The notes beneath the pieces are model-generated. The model had not been told where the DNA came from, made no database searches, and saw only the letters and a program-made list of their open reading frames with translations. DNA of 39,032 nt from Chloroflexota bacterium (lineage in GTDB: Bacteria > Chloroflexota > Limnocylindria > Limnocylindrales > Limnocylindraceae): contig JBEDBF010000003.1 of NCBI GenBank assembly GCA_041177405.1, positions 4,591 through 43,622 of the forward strand, in the 5' to 3' direction. Position 1 is the stretch's first letter. Every line of letters begins with the position of its first letter. Positions 1 to 13,705 of this stretch are shown one piece after another. The position numbers were made by a program, and so were the translations under genes.

Positions 1-3000
1 CAACGCGCCCACGGATTGCCGCAGGGAAGCTTGGATCCCACGCAATCCCACTGCGGATCTCCATCGGCAACTGCTGTGCCCCACCAGCCTGCGGGATGTG
101 AACGACCACCTTGGTGCTCCCTGGTCGCGAGCGCAGTTCAGCCTTCACCACTTCCATGGCGTGAATGGTCTCCTCCACCGACTGGCTTGGACTGAATCGG
201 ATATGCAGGGCAGCTCCAGGTGGTGCCTCAATTGGATCAGCGCTCTCCTCGCTCACGGGCGGGAGCGGTGCTGGCGTGGTGATCTCTCCCTCGCGCTCCT
301 CGGGAACAAGACCCCGAGGGAGCACGCCGGCCGTAGCAGTGTTCCGAGGGGTGAAGCGCCGCGTCCCGCCCGTGCTCTTCGCCAGATGCGCCGCGATCCC
401 TTCCGGCGTGAGCCCTTGCGCCTCTTCCCATGGGAGGACTGCTTCGCAGATGATTGACCAGGTCTCCCCGCGCAACTCTGGTCGCCCCGAGACAAGGAGT
501 GGCTCCCCCTCAACCCATGCATCGCGCGTCGCCTCCCACGTCTTCGGGAATGCCACCACTTCAATGCTCCCGGTGAGATCCTCAATCGTCAGGATCCCCA
601 TCGCCGCCCCAGCCTTGGTCACAAGGGTCCGCACGTTCGTCACGATCGCTCCGATCGTCACGCGTTCATCGCGCGCCGGCGAGTCATCCGCAAAGTCACC
701 CACAAAGGCCGTGACGTGTGGCGCGAGTAGTGGTGCGAGCGAGTTCATCGGGTGGTCGGATAGGTAAACACCGAGCAACTCTCGCTCCCATCGGAGACGC
801 TCTCGCGTTGGCGCCTCGACGGCACGGGGCAGCATTGGAGCCAGCGCCGAGGCAAGCCCCGGCGCAGAGTCAAAGAGTGAAACCTGCCCGGCCGCTCGCT
901 CGCGTTGTGCGCTCGAACCCGCAGAGAGGACATCATCGAGCGCCAGCAGGATCTGGGCGGGGTGGCCAAACTTCTGCAGCGCCCCAACCTTTGCGAGCGC
1001 CTCGAAAACGCGCTTGTTTGCCAGTCGAAGGTCAATGCGTTCGCAAAGATCTTGCAGGCTACTAAAGCCGCCATCGCGCGTTCGCGCAGCGACAATGGAT
1101 TCCGCTGCGCCAGCCCCAACATTTTTTACTGCAAGGAGACCGAAGCGAATCGCGCCCCCCTCTGGCTCAAAATCCAACTGGGAGCGCTCAACGTCAGGGG
1201 GCAGGATGGCAATACCAAGCCGGCGGCACTCCGCAATCGCCGTCGCCACCTTGTCCTCTTTATTGCGAAAGGCGTTCAGCACGCTCGTCATGTACTCGAC
1301 GGTGTAGTTCGCTTTCAGATAAGCCGTCTGATAGGCGATCAGTCCGTAGCAGGTGGCATGCGCCTTGTTGAATCCATAATTTGCGAACGGCTCGAACGCC
1401 TGAAAGACCTGGTCGATGACGCCCGGCGCGACGCCACGCTGCGCCGCGCTGGTGATGAACTCTTGCTTGAGACCTGCAAGCACGTCCTCCTTCTTCTTGC
1501 GGACGGCATAGCCGAGCGTGTCAGCCTTCGGCCCAGAGAATCCACCGAGGGCTGACGCCGCCGCCATGATGTCCTCTTGATAGACGAAGACGCCATAGGT
1601 TCGTTCCAAGAACGGTTCAAGAAGTGGGTGAAGATACGTCACCGCCTCTGTCCCGTGTTTGCGCCGAATGTACGAGGGGATATTCGCCATCGGTCCCGGG
1701 CGATAGAGCGCGACCATCGCTGCCAGATCGAACACGCTCGTTGGTCGAAGCTCCTTGATGTAGCGGCGCATTCCAGCGGATTCAAGCTGGAAGATCCCGC
1801 TTGTTTCGCCCGAAGCCAAGAGTGCAAAGGTCTTCGCGTCATCGAGCGGGATAGTGTCAAGGTCGATCGCCACTCCATACGTTGCCTTGATGCGGTCAAC
1901 CGCTGTCCGAAGGATGGTGAGGTTCGCGAGACCAAGGAAGTCGAATTTGAGGAGGCCGAGCGCCTCCACACCGTGCATCTCGATCTGTGTCATGACGCCA
2001 TCCGAGTTCGTGGCGCGCTGGAGCGCCATAATCTCCGTGAGCGGTTCACGGCTGATCACGACTCCGGCTGCGTGCGTTGAAGCGTTGCGGACGACCCCCT
2101 CGAGCTGCTCAGCTAGCCCGACCAGGGACGCGTAGTCGGGGCTCTCCGCAAGCGCTCGAAAGTCAGGATCCTTACGCGCCTGGGCAAGCGTCGTCCCGAG
2201 CTTCTCGGGGACCGCCTTCGCGAGTCGGTCGACGTCTCCGTAGCTCTTCCCTAGTACCCGCCCGACATCTCGAATGGCGGCTCGCGCCGCCATGGTGCCG
2301 AATGTGATGATCTGTGCCACTTGGCTCTCACCATACTTCTGCGCAACGTAGCGGATCACCTCTTCCCGTCGGCCATCCTCAAAGTCAATATCAATATCCG
2401 GCATCGTGACACGGTCTTCGTTCAGGAAACGTTCAAATGGCAGGTCGTAGTGAAGTGGGTCGACAGGAGTGATCCCAAGCGCATACGTAACGATCGACCC
2501 AGGGGCACTCCCCCTACACGTTGTGGCAATCCCCTGCTCGCGAGCAAACCGAACAAAGTCCGCCACGATGAGAAAGTACGCGCCATAACCCATTTTGAGG
2601 ATGACGCCAAGCTCATACTCCATGCGTTCACGCGCCGCCGTAGAAACGGCGCCATACCGGCGGGTAAGTCCACGCTCCGCCTCTTTTCGGAGCCAGCTAT
2701 CAACGGTCTCGCCCTTTGGCACTTCAACATCAGGCATTCGTAGCTGGCCGAGGGCGAGTTTGAAATCAACCGCGTCGCTGATGGCACGCGTGTTGCGAAG
2801 CAGCTCGGGGTGATCAGGGAAGAGCGCTGCCATTTGCGCGGGCGACTTGAGGTAGAACTCGCCACTGTTGAATCGCATCCGGCCCGGGGTTTCAAGGTTG
2901 CTCGCGGTACCAATGCAGAGAAGGACATCGTGGGCCTCTTGCTGCGTCGCCTTCACATAGTGGAGGTCGTTCGTGAGCACGAGTGGGAGTCCAACCTCTG

Positions 3001-3592
3001 GTGCAAGCGTGAAGAGCTGCTCATTCAGTCGCCGCTGCTCTGGAAGACCGTGGTCCTGAACTTCAAGGTAGAAGCGATCCTTGCCAAAGATCTCTCCGTA
3101 GCGTCCGGCAAGGCTGCGTGCATGCTCCCAGTCATCAACCTCAAGGGCTCGTGCAATCTCGCCGTTAAGACAGCCGGAGAGTCCGATCAAGCCCTCCGAG
3201 TGTCGCGCCAGATGTTCAAGGTCGATGCGTGGCTTGTAGTACATCCCGTCAAGGTGCGCGTCGGTGACCAGACGGCAGAGGTTGCGGTAACCCGTGGCAC
3301 TCGTCGCAAGGAGGACGAGGTGGAAGGGCTGCTGATCCGCCTTCCCCTCCTTATCGGCCATGCCACGGCGAGCCACATAGGTCTCTACGCCGATGATCGG
3401 CTTGATCCCGCGCTTGGTAGCGGCTTGGACAAACTGCACCGTCCCGTAGAGTGCTCCGTGATCGGTGATCGCAATGGAGTCCATGCCGAGCGCCTTCGTC
3501 TCGTCCATGAGCGCATCGATCTTGCTCATGCCGTCGAGCAGGCTGAACTCGGTGTGGACGTGGAGATGGGTGAAGTCGGGCTTCTTGCTCAC
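1..3592 (-). CDS. dnaE: DNA polymerase III alpha subunit (DnaE); the 3' end runs off the left edge of the window
   Basis: The minus-strand frame is open from GTG at 3590-3592 down to position 1. It has no stop in the window, which explains its absence from the ORF track. An in-frame TAG at 3602-3604 fixes the start. My translation begins VSKKPDFTHLHVHTEFSLLDG (PHP domain). It contains TMPDIDIDFE (polymerase active-site aspartates) and an OB-fold-like segment near 440-660. The listed + strand ORFs between 905 and 3616 are antisense shadows of this gene. Confidence 0.93.
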   Translation of the reverse strand, partial: MSKKPDFTHLHVHTEFSLLDGMSKIDALMDETKALGMDSIAITDHGALYGTVQFVQAATKRGIKPIIGVETYVARRGMADKEGKADQQPFHLVLLATSATGYRNLCRLVTDAHLDGMYYKPRIDLEHLARHSEGLIGLSGCLNGEIARALEVDDWEHARSLAGRYGEIFGKDRFYLEVQDHGLPEQRRLNEQLFTLAPEVGLPLVLTNDLHYVKATQQEAHDVLLCIGTASNLETPGRMRFNSGEFYLKSPAQMAALFPDHPELLRNTRAISDAVDFKLALGQLRMPDVEVPKGETVDSWLRKEAERGLTRRYGAVSTAARERMEYELGVILKMGYGAYFLIVADFVRFAREQGIATTCRGSAPGSIVTYALGITPVDPLHYDLPFERFLNEDRVTMPDIDIDFEDGRREEVIRYVAQKYGESQVAQIITFGTMAARAAIRDVGRVLGKSYGDVDRLAKAVPEKLGTTLAQARKDPDFRALAESPDYASLVGLAEQLEGVVRNASTHAAGVVISREPLTEIMALQRATNSDGVMTQIEMHGVEALGLLKFDFLGLANLTILRTAVDRIKATYGVAIDLDTIPLDDAKTFALLASGETSGIFQLESAGMRRYIKELRPTSVFDLAAMVALYRPGPMANIPSYIRRKHGTEAVTYLHPLLEPFLERTYGVFVYQEDIMAAASALGGFSGPKADTLGYAVRKKKEDVLAGLKQEFITSAAQRGVAPGVIDQVFQAFEPFANYGFNKAHATCYGLIAYQTAYLKANYTVEYMTSVLNAFRNKEDKVATAIAECRRLGIAILPPDVERSQLDFEPEGGAIRFGLLAVKNVGAGAAESIVAARTRDGGFSSLQDLCERIDLRLANKRVFEALAKVGALQKFGHPAQILLALDDVLSAGSSAQRERAAGQVSLFDSAPGLASALAPMLPRAVEAPTRERLRWERELLGVYLSDHPMNSLAPLLAPHVTAFVGDFADDSPARDERVTIGAIVTNVRTLVTKAGAAMGILTIEDLTGSIEVVAFPKTWEATRDAWVEGEPLLVSGRPELRGETWSIICEAVLPWEEAQGLTPEGIAAHLAKSTGGTRRFTPRNTATAGVLPRGLVPEEREGEITTPAPLPPVSEESADPIEAPPGAALHIRFSPSQSVEETIHAMEVVKAELRSRPGSTKVVVHIPQAGGAQQLPMEIRSGIAWDPSFPAAIRGRV

Positions 3593-3598
3593 GGAGGG

Positions 3599-3604
3599 AG
3601 TCTA
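3599..3604 (-). promoter_or_regulatory. Candidate -10 element (TAGACT) for a leaderless dnaE transcript
   Basis: The minus strand reads TAGACT-ccctcc-GTG, a TANNNT hexamer exactly 6 nt upstream of the dnaE GTG. There is no purine-rich Shine-Dalgarno sequence. The whole divergent gap is only 33 bp. Confidence 0.35.
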
Positions 3605-3613
3605 CCGAGCGCG

Positions 3614-3619
3614 TAGGAT
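3614..3619 (+). promoter_or_regulatory. Candidate -10 element (TAGGAT) for a leaderless CoA-binding-protein transcript
   Basis: The + strand reads TAGGAT-taccct-ATG, a TANNNT hexamer exactly 6 nt upstream of the ATG at 3626, with no Shine-Dalgarno sequence. Confidence 0.35.
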
Positions 3620-3625
3620 TACCCT

Positions 3626-4153
3626 ATGGATGAGCGCGAACGAGCGAGGATCAGGGCGGCCATCGATGCCGCCGAGGGGGGCGCTGGCACCCTGCAGCTC
3701 ACAGATGAACAGCTGCGAACCCTCCTTGGCAGAAGTCGAACCATTGCCATTGTCGGTGCGTCCCCAAAGCCTGACCGCCCCTCCCACGGCGTCCTGCTTG
3801 CGCTGCAGGCGAAGGGGTGGCACATCCTTCCCGTAAACCCCGCTGCAAACGCGCTAGCGGAGGGAGTTGCTGGACTCCCCTGCTATCCGACCCTTGCTAG
3901 CGCCGCCGCGTCACTCCCAGCGGATCAACGCATGGATCTGGTGGATGTCTTTCGCCGCCCAGAAGACTGTGCCGACGTCACGCGAGAGGCGATCGCAGTT
4001 GGTGCGGGTGCAATCTGGTTGCAACTCGGCATCATCAGTCCAGAGGCGGCTGCGCTTGCCGCTGAGGCGGGCATCCCATTCGTCCAAGACCGCTGCACGG
4101 CGATCGAGGTTCAACGATTAGGAGTGCACGGACCTGAAATCAGGCGCACGTAG
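3626..4153 (+). CDS. CoA-binding domain protein (YccU/YneT-like)
   Basis: 175-aa ORF. The core RTIAIVGASPKPDRPSHGV...LPVNP...CYPTL...DLVDVFRRPE...IWLQLG is the typical single-domain CoA-binding (Rossmann-like) pattern. Confidence 0.8.
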   Translation: MDERERARIRAAIDAAEGGAGTLQLTDEQLRTLLGRSRTIAIVGASPKPDRPSHGVLLALQAKGWHILPVNPAANALAEGVAGLPCYPTLASAAASLPADQRMDLVDVFRRPEDCADVTREAIAVGAGAIWLQLGIISPEAAALAAEAGIPFVQDRCTAIEVQRLGVHGPEIRRT

Positions 4154-4159
4154 CTGCCG

Positions 4160-4441
4160 CTAGCGGAAGGGCGGGAAGAGGGCGAGCGCAATGCCAACGA
4201 TGGAGGCAACACCGACGCCGGCGAGACGCTTGAGCCGTGAAACGATCAGCTGACCTTCGAGGCGATCGAGAACGTCGGGGCCAGCGCCGGGTGCGCCGCG
4301 CCACTCGCTATAGCGCTTCGCCCCGCCAACACGCGTCTGATGGAGTTGATACTGCGTAAGCAGCGGTGGTAGCTGACGCGCGAGATACACCAGGCCAGCC
4401 AACCCGATTCCTCCGGTAAGAAGCCGCACGATGTCGAGCAT
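4160..4441 (-). CDS. Hypothetical small membrane protein (two predicted TM helices)
   Basis: 93-aa ORF. Its ATG at 4439-4441 lies 1 nt after the gatB TGA (4443-4445), which suggests translational coupling. There are hydrophobic segments LLTGGIGLAGLVYLA and LAGVGVASIVGIALALFPPF. I recognise no family. Confidence 0.5.
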   Translation of the reverse strand: MLDIVRLLTGGIGLAGLVYLARQLPPLLTQYQLHQTRVGGAKRYSEWRGAPGAGPDVLDRLEGQLIVSRLKRLAGVGVASIVGIALALFPPFR

Positions 4442-4442
4442 C

Positions 4443-5876
4443 TCAGCGATCCAGTGCCGCGCGAATCAGTTCGCCTAGGAGCGCCGCGTCGCCACGACCC
4501 TTGCTCGCCTTCATCGCCTGCCCAACGAGGAAACTCACCGCCTGCTGCTTTCCAGCCTTCCAGTCCGCGATCGCCTGCGGATTCGCTGCGATCACTTCAG
4601 CAATAATTGCCTCAAGCGCGCCAGTGTCGCTGATCTGCCCAAGACCGCGCGAGGTGATCACCTCGCGAATGTTGAGCGGCGTCGCGATCATCTCGGCGAA
4701 GAGCGCCTTCGCGGTGGTGCCGCTGATCTCCTTGCTCCCGACCGCGGCGACCAGGTGAGCGAACTGGACCGGATCAGGATCGGCAGCCCCATCTTTGGCT
4801 ACACGGAGGTACTCGCCGCTGATCCAGTTCGCGAGAAGCTTAGGATCCAGCCCCTGTTGGACTGCGCGCGCCGCTTCAAAGAGTCCGGCGGCGCGTGGCT
4901 CAGCGACGAGAACGCTCGCGTCGTATTCGGTGAGCCCAAGTTCGCTGACGTATCGGGCGCGGCGTGTCCCCGGAAGTTCAGGGAGCTTGGCGACGATTGC
5001 GGCGAGCCAGACAGGGTCAATGTCGAGCGGCGGAAGGTCAGGTTCTGGGAAGTAGCGGTAGTCATGCGAATCTTCTTTCGCGCGCATCGTATAGGTGGTC
5101 TCGCTCCCCTCGTCCCAACCACGTGTCTCCTGGATGATGGTTCCACCCGCGTTAAGCACCTCTGCTTGCCGGGCGGTCTCAAACGCGATCGCTCGCTCAA
5201 CCGAGCGGAACGAGTTCATGTTCTTCACCTCAACTCGCGTCCCGAACGGGGCATCGCCCGAAGGTCGAAGTGAGATGTTCGCCTCCACCCTCATCTGGCC
5301 GTTCTCCATTTCGGCGTCGGCAGCTCCGATCGTGCGCAGCAGAAGGCGCAGCTCCTCGGCATAGCGCCGCGCAGTCTCACCATCACGAATGTCGGGCTCG
5401 GTGACGATCTCAAGGAGGGCAACTCCAGAGCGGTTGTAGTCAATGAGGCTCGCCCGCGTCCCATCAGCACCCTTTTCATGGCGGAGCCGCGCCGTATCCT
5501 CCTCAAGATGCGCCCGACGAATCCGCACGGATCCAGCACCCGCGCTTGTGGTGACGGGAATGCTCCCGTGCTCCGCCAGGGGGAGGTCGAGCTGGCTGAT
5601 CTGATAGCCCTTCGGAAGGTCTGGGTAGAAGTAATTCTTCCGATCCCAGCGTGTGGTGATCGGACTCGTCGCACCGATCGCGGCACCTACGGCGAGTACC
5701 TTCTCGATGGCGGCACGATTTGGTACCGGGAGCGCGCCGGGGAGACCGAGACAGGTAGGGCAGGTGCGCGTGTTTGGCGCATCACCCTCTTCGGGGATCG
5801 CACAGGGACAGAACATCTTGGTCGCGGTGCGCAGCTGCACGTGGATCTCAATGCCGATCACCGCCTCCCAACTCAT
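4443..5876 (-). CDS. gatB: Asp-tRNA(Asn)/Glu-tRNA(Gln) amidotransferase subunit B
   Basis: 477-aa ORF with N-terminus MSWEAVIGIEIHVQLRTATKMFCPC and a C-terminal YqeY-like tail, typical of GatB. It has a 4-nt overlap with the upstream aminotransferase. Confidence 0.95.
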   Translation of the reverse strand: MSWEAVIGIEIHVQLRTATKMFCPCAIPEEGDAPNTRTCPTCLGLPGALPVPNRAAIEKVLAVGAAIGATSPITTRWDRKNYFYPDLPKGYQISQLDLPLAEHGSIPVTTSAGAGSVRIRRAHLEEDTARLRHEKGADGTRASLIDYNRSGVALLEIVTEPDIRDGETARRYAEELRLLLRTIGAADAEMENGQMRVEANISLRPSGDAPFGTRVEVKNMNSFRSVERAIAFETARQAEVLNAGGTIIQETRGWDEGSETTYTMRAKEDSHDYRYFPEPDLPPLDIDPVWLAAIVAKLPELPGTRRARYVSELGLTEYDASVLVAEPRAAGLFEAARAVQQGLDPKLLANWISGEYLRVAKDGAADPDPVQFAHLVAAVGSKEISGTTAKALFAEMIATPLNIREVITSRGLGQISDTGALEAIIAEVIAANPQAIADWKAGKQQAVSFLVGQAMKASKGRGDAALLGELIRAALDR

Positions 5877-7057
5877 GAAGTGACCCCCTTCAGCGATGCC
5901 ACAAAGCGTCCAATGCGAACGAGCGCCTCACGCAGTTTCTCTTCCGAGACGGCATAGCAGATCCGAATATGGCCTCGCCCACTTTCGCCGAACGCGGAGC
6001 CTGGCACCACTGCAACCCGCTCTTCATGAAGGAGGCGCTCAGCAAAGGCTTCGTCACTCAGGCCGAGTGACGAAATGTCAGGGAACGCGTAGAAGGCGCC
6101 CTTCGGTGCACCCGTCGGAAGATTGAGAGCGGCGAGTCCATCCAACACGATTCGACGTCTGCGCGCGTAGGCGGAACGCATCTCTTCAAGTGCTGGCTCG
6201 CCGTTCCGAAGTGCCTCGAGTGCGGCATCTTGCGACGGCGTTGGCGCGCTCATGATCGCGTACTGATGAATCTTCACCAGACCGGCGACGATCTCTGCAG
6301 GCGCGCAAAGGAAACCAACGCGCCACCCCGTCATCGCGTACGACTTTGAGAACCCGCCGATCAAGATCGTGCGCTCCTTCATCCCAGGGTAGGCCGAGAT
6401 CGCGCGATGCTCTGGCCCCTCGTAGACGAGTCGGTCATAGATCTCGTCGCTGATCACGAGTAGATCGTGTTCCACTGCGATGCGAGCGAGTTCGGTGCGG
6501 GTTGCCTCATCCAGCGTGGCGCCGGTTGGGTTCGCGGGATAGCCAAGGAAGAGTGCCTTTGCGCCGTTGGCCGCGGTCTGAACGGCGCTTGTATCCAAGC
6601 GCCAGCCATCGTCCGCGCTCGTCGGGATGGACCGCACGCTGCCACCCGCAAAGATCACCGCTGGGAGATAGGCAACATATGAAGGCTCCGGAAGGATGAT
6701 GGTGTCACCTGGATTGATGATCCCTCGGATGGCGAGATCGACGGCCTCAGATGCGCCAATCGTCACGACGATCTCCGTTGCGGGGTCGTATCGCACGCTA
6801 GAGCGTTCAAAGATCTTGTCGGAGATCGCGGCGCGCAGTTCAGGCGTCCCGTAGTTTGAAGTGTAGTGCGTGCGACCGGCGCGGAGACTACTGATCGCCG
6901 CTTCAGTGATATGGCTCGGCGTATCAAAATCTGGTTCGCCTACTCCGAGACTGATGATGTCCTGCATCTGCGCCGCGATATCGAAGAAGCGACGAATACC
7001 AGAAGGCGGGACTGCATGCACTCGATCGGCGAGAACCCGCTTTGCAAAATCACTCAT
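5873..7057 (-). CDS. Class I/II PLP-dependent aminotransferase (aspartate/aromatic aminotransferase-like)
   Basis: 394-aa ORF with N-terminal PPSGIRRFFD and LGVGEPDFDTP, and the PLP-lysine motif GGFSKSYAMTGWRVGF. It has 4-nt overlaps with gatA (7054-7057) and gatB (5873-5876). Confidence 0.85.
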   Translation of the reverse strand: MSDFAKRVLADRVHAVPPSGIRRFFDIAAQMQDIISLGVGEPDFDTPSHITEAAISSLRAGRTHYTSNYGTPELRAAISDKIFERSSVRYDPATEIVVTIGASEAVDLAIRGIINPGDTIILPEPSYVAYLPAVIFAGGSVRSIPTSADDGWRLDTSAVQTAANGAKALFLGYPANPTGATLDEATRTELARIAVEHDLLVISDEIYDRLVYEGPEHRAISAYPGMKERTILIGGFSKSYAMTGWRVGFLCAPAEIVAGLVKIHQYAIMSAPTPSQDAALEALRNGEPALEEMRSAYARRRRIVLDGLAALNLPTGAPKGAFYAFPDISSLGLSDEAFAERLLHEERVAVVPGSAFGESGRGHIRICYAVSEEKLREALVRIGRFVASLKGVTS

Positions 7058-8595
7058 GCAACACCTCCGAGCGCGGCGAGGTCAGTCGGATCCTGGTCGC
7101 GCCACGGTGCGTCGACCGTGAGCGCCTCGTAGCCAGCGGCGATTGAGAGGAGCCCGACCTCGCTCCATGGTGCGCCGATCAGCTGCAAGCCAACGGGAAG
7201 CCCCTCGGAGAGCCCGCAGGGGGTGCTGAGGCCGGGGAGTCCCGCCATGTTCGTTGGAATGGTGCAGGCGTCCGCGAGATACATCGCGACTGGGTCGCTC
7301 ATCTTCGCCCCAAACTTCCACGCCACAGAGGGACTCGCCGGCGCCACGATCGCGTCGTAACCCGCCGCCCAGATGCGATCGAAGTCGCGCGCAATCAGCG
7401 TACGCACCTTCTGTGCCTTCAAATAGTACGCGTCGTAATAACCAGCAGAGAGCGCATAGGTACCGAGCATGATGCGTCGGCGCACCTCGGGACCAAAACC
7501 GCGACCCCGAGTTGAGAGATATCCCTCAAGTAGATCACCGCCGCCGTGCTTTGACGCGCCGTAGCGAATCCCGTCATAGCGCGCAAGGTTCGCGGATGCC
7601 TCTGCCGGGGCAACGATGTAGTAGGTGGCGAGCGCATGCTCTGTAGTTGGAAGGCTCACCTCTTCAATGATCGCACCTGCTGACTGCAGCACGGCGACGG
7701 CGGCGCGAACTGCCGCCTCCACGCCGGGCTCCATTCCGGGGACGAAATACTCCTTTGGCAACGCGAAGCGCTTCCCCTTGATCGCGCTTGCCGCCTGGTC
7801 TCCGTGTGCGAGCGCCAAGAGCGCATCATCGACTGGCGCTGCAGCACTGGTCGCATCGCGTGGATCCGCTCCTGAGATTGTATGGAGGAGAAGTGCGGCA
7901 TCCTGCGCACTCCGAGCGAACGGCCCGATCTGGTCGAGTGATGAGGCGAACGCAACGATTCCGTAGCGAGAGACACGACCATACGTAGGCTTCAGACCAG
8001 TGATTCCGGTAAGGCTTGCCGGTTGACGAATTGAACCACCCGTATCGCTACCGATGCTGAGCGGCGCATGCAGAGCCGCCACCGCGGAGGCAGATCCGCC
8101 AGACGAGCCCCCTGGGACGCGTTCGCGATCCCACGGGTTGACGGTGCGTTTGTACGCGCTGAACTCTGTTGAGGAGCCCATCGCGAATTCGTCCATGTTG
8201 GTCTTCCCAAGGATGAGCGCACCGGCAACCTTGAGCTTGGCGGCGATCGTTGCGTCGTACGGGCTGACATAGCCTTCGAGGATCTTCGATCCAGCGGTCG
8301 TTGGCGTACCGATCATGTTCACGAGATCTTTCAACGCCACGGGGACGCCAAGAAGCGGTGGGAGCGCTCGAAGCGCCGCCTCTCCGTTCGCCCGCGCATC
8401 GAGGTACGCAGCACCGGCGCGTTCCGCCTCCGTTCTGACCTCGCTGGTTCGGAGGTGCAGCCACGCACCAAGTGTGGCGTCTTCTTTCGTGATGGCTGCA
8501 AGAAGCGCGTCGACCACTTCAAGGGGGGTGAACGAACCGCGTTGATAGCCAGTGCGAAGTTGTTCGGCGGTGGCCCGGCGCAGATCAACGCTCAT
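7054..8595 (-). CDS. gatA: Asp-tRNA(Asn)/Glu-tRNA(Gln) amidotransferase subunit A
   Basis: 513-aa ORF with an amidase-signature region (GGSSGGSASAVAA...GSDTGGSIRQPA). It has a 4-nt overlap with the gatC stop (8592-8595). Confidence 0.95.
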   Translation of the reverse strand: MSVDLRRATAEQLRTGYQRGSFTPLEVVDALLAAITKEDATLGAWLHLRTSEVRTEAERAGAAYLDARANGEAALRALPPLLGVPVALKDLVNMIGTPTTAGSKILEGYVSPYDATIAAKLKVAGALILGKTNMDEFAMGSSTEFSAYKRTVNPWDRERVPGGSSGGSASAVAALHAPLSIGSDTGGSIRQPASLTGITGLKPTYGRVSRYGIVAFASSLDQIGPFARSAQDAALLLHTISGADPRDATSAAAPVDDALLALAHGDQAASAIKGKRFALPKEYFVPGMEPGVEAAVRAAVAVLQSAGAIIEEVSLPTTEHALATYYIVAPAEASANLARYDGIRYGASKHGGGDLLEGYLSTRGRGFGPEVRRRIMLGTYALSAGYYDAYYLKAQKVRTLIARDFDRIWAAGYDAIVAPASPSVAWKFGAKMSDPVAMYLADACTIPTNMAGLPGLSTPCGLSEGLPVGLQLIGAPWSEVGLLSIAAGYEALTVDAPWRDQDPTDLAALGGVA

Positions 8596-8897
8596 CCGTC
8601 TGCCTCCTCGCTAAGGATTGCCTGCACTCGCACGAAGTCGCCGCTTCGGGAAGGGGCGTTCTGCAACGCCGCGTCCACTGGCAAAGAGGGTGTCGGCGTA
8701 TCGTCTCGTAGTGGCATCGCCTGGACGATCGTCTGCGCACTTGCCGGAACTGCTGAGGTGTCCACATCTGCAAGTCGTGACCACTGTTCGAGAATCAAGT
8801 TGAGGTCGCCTTGCAGTTTCTCGATCTCATCGCCGGTGAGGCCAAGGCGCGCAAGCGCGGCAACCTTCTCAACCTCGGCTCGGGTGAGTTTACTCAT
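8592..8897 (-). CDS. gatC: Asp-tRNA(Asn)/Glu-tRNA(Gln) amidotransferase subunit C
   Basis: 101-aa ORF beginning MSKLTRAEVEKVAALARLGLTGDEIEKLQGDLNLIL, typical of GatC. It sits directly upstream of gatA. Confidence 0.9.
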   Translation of the reverse strand: MSKLTRAEVEKVAALARLGLTGDEIEKLQGDLNLILEQWSRLADVDTSAVPASAQTIVQAMPLRDDTPTPSLPVDAALQNAPSRSGDFVRVQAILSEEADG

Positions 8898-8906
8898 GCC
8901 AGAATC

Positions 8907-13642
<4,736 letters not shown>

Positions 13643-13648
13643 ACGCCG

Positions 13649-13676
13649 ATTCTACCGCCGAGGAGAGTCTTGCTAA
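13649..13676 (-). promoter_or_regulatory. Candidate sigma-70-type promoter for pcrA (TTAGCA-16 nt-TAGAAT)
   Basis: The minus strand reads TTAGCA (13671-13676), a 16-nt spacer, TAGAAT (13649-13654), then cggcgt and GTG (13640-13642). It lies just downstream of the groEL terminator. There is no Shine-Dalgarno sequence before the GTG. Confidence 0.4.
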
Positions 13677-13705
13677 TTCATTGACAGTTGCTGAAAGCGG
13701 CGACC

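Noticed and set aside
905-3616. A series of + strand ORFs (905-1555, 1577-2080, 2321-2743, 2810-3616) that might look like four genes.
   Set aside because: The minus strand carries one uninterrupted DnaE frame across the whole interval. It is missing from the ORF track only because it has no stop inside the window. The + ORFs have no recognisable domains.
13681-13686. A perfect TTGACA on the + strand in the groEL-pcrA gap.
   Set aside because: It points into the antisense of groEL and has no matching -10 at 16-18 nt. The minus-strand TTAGCA/TAGAAT pair explains the region better.
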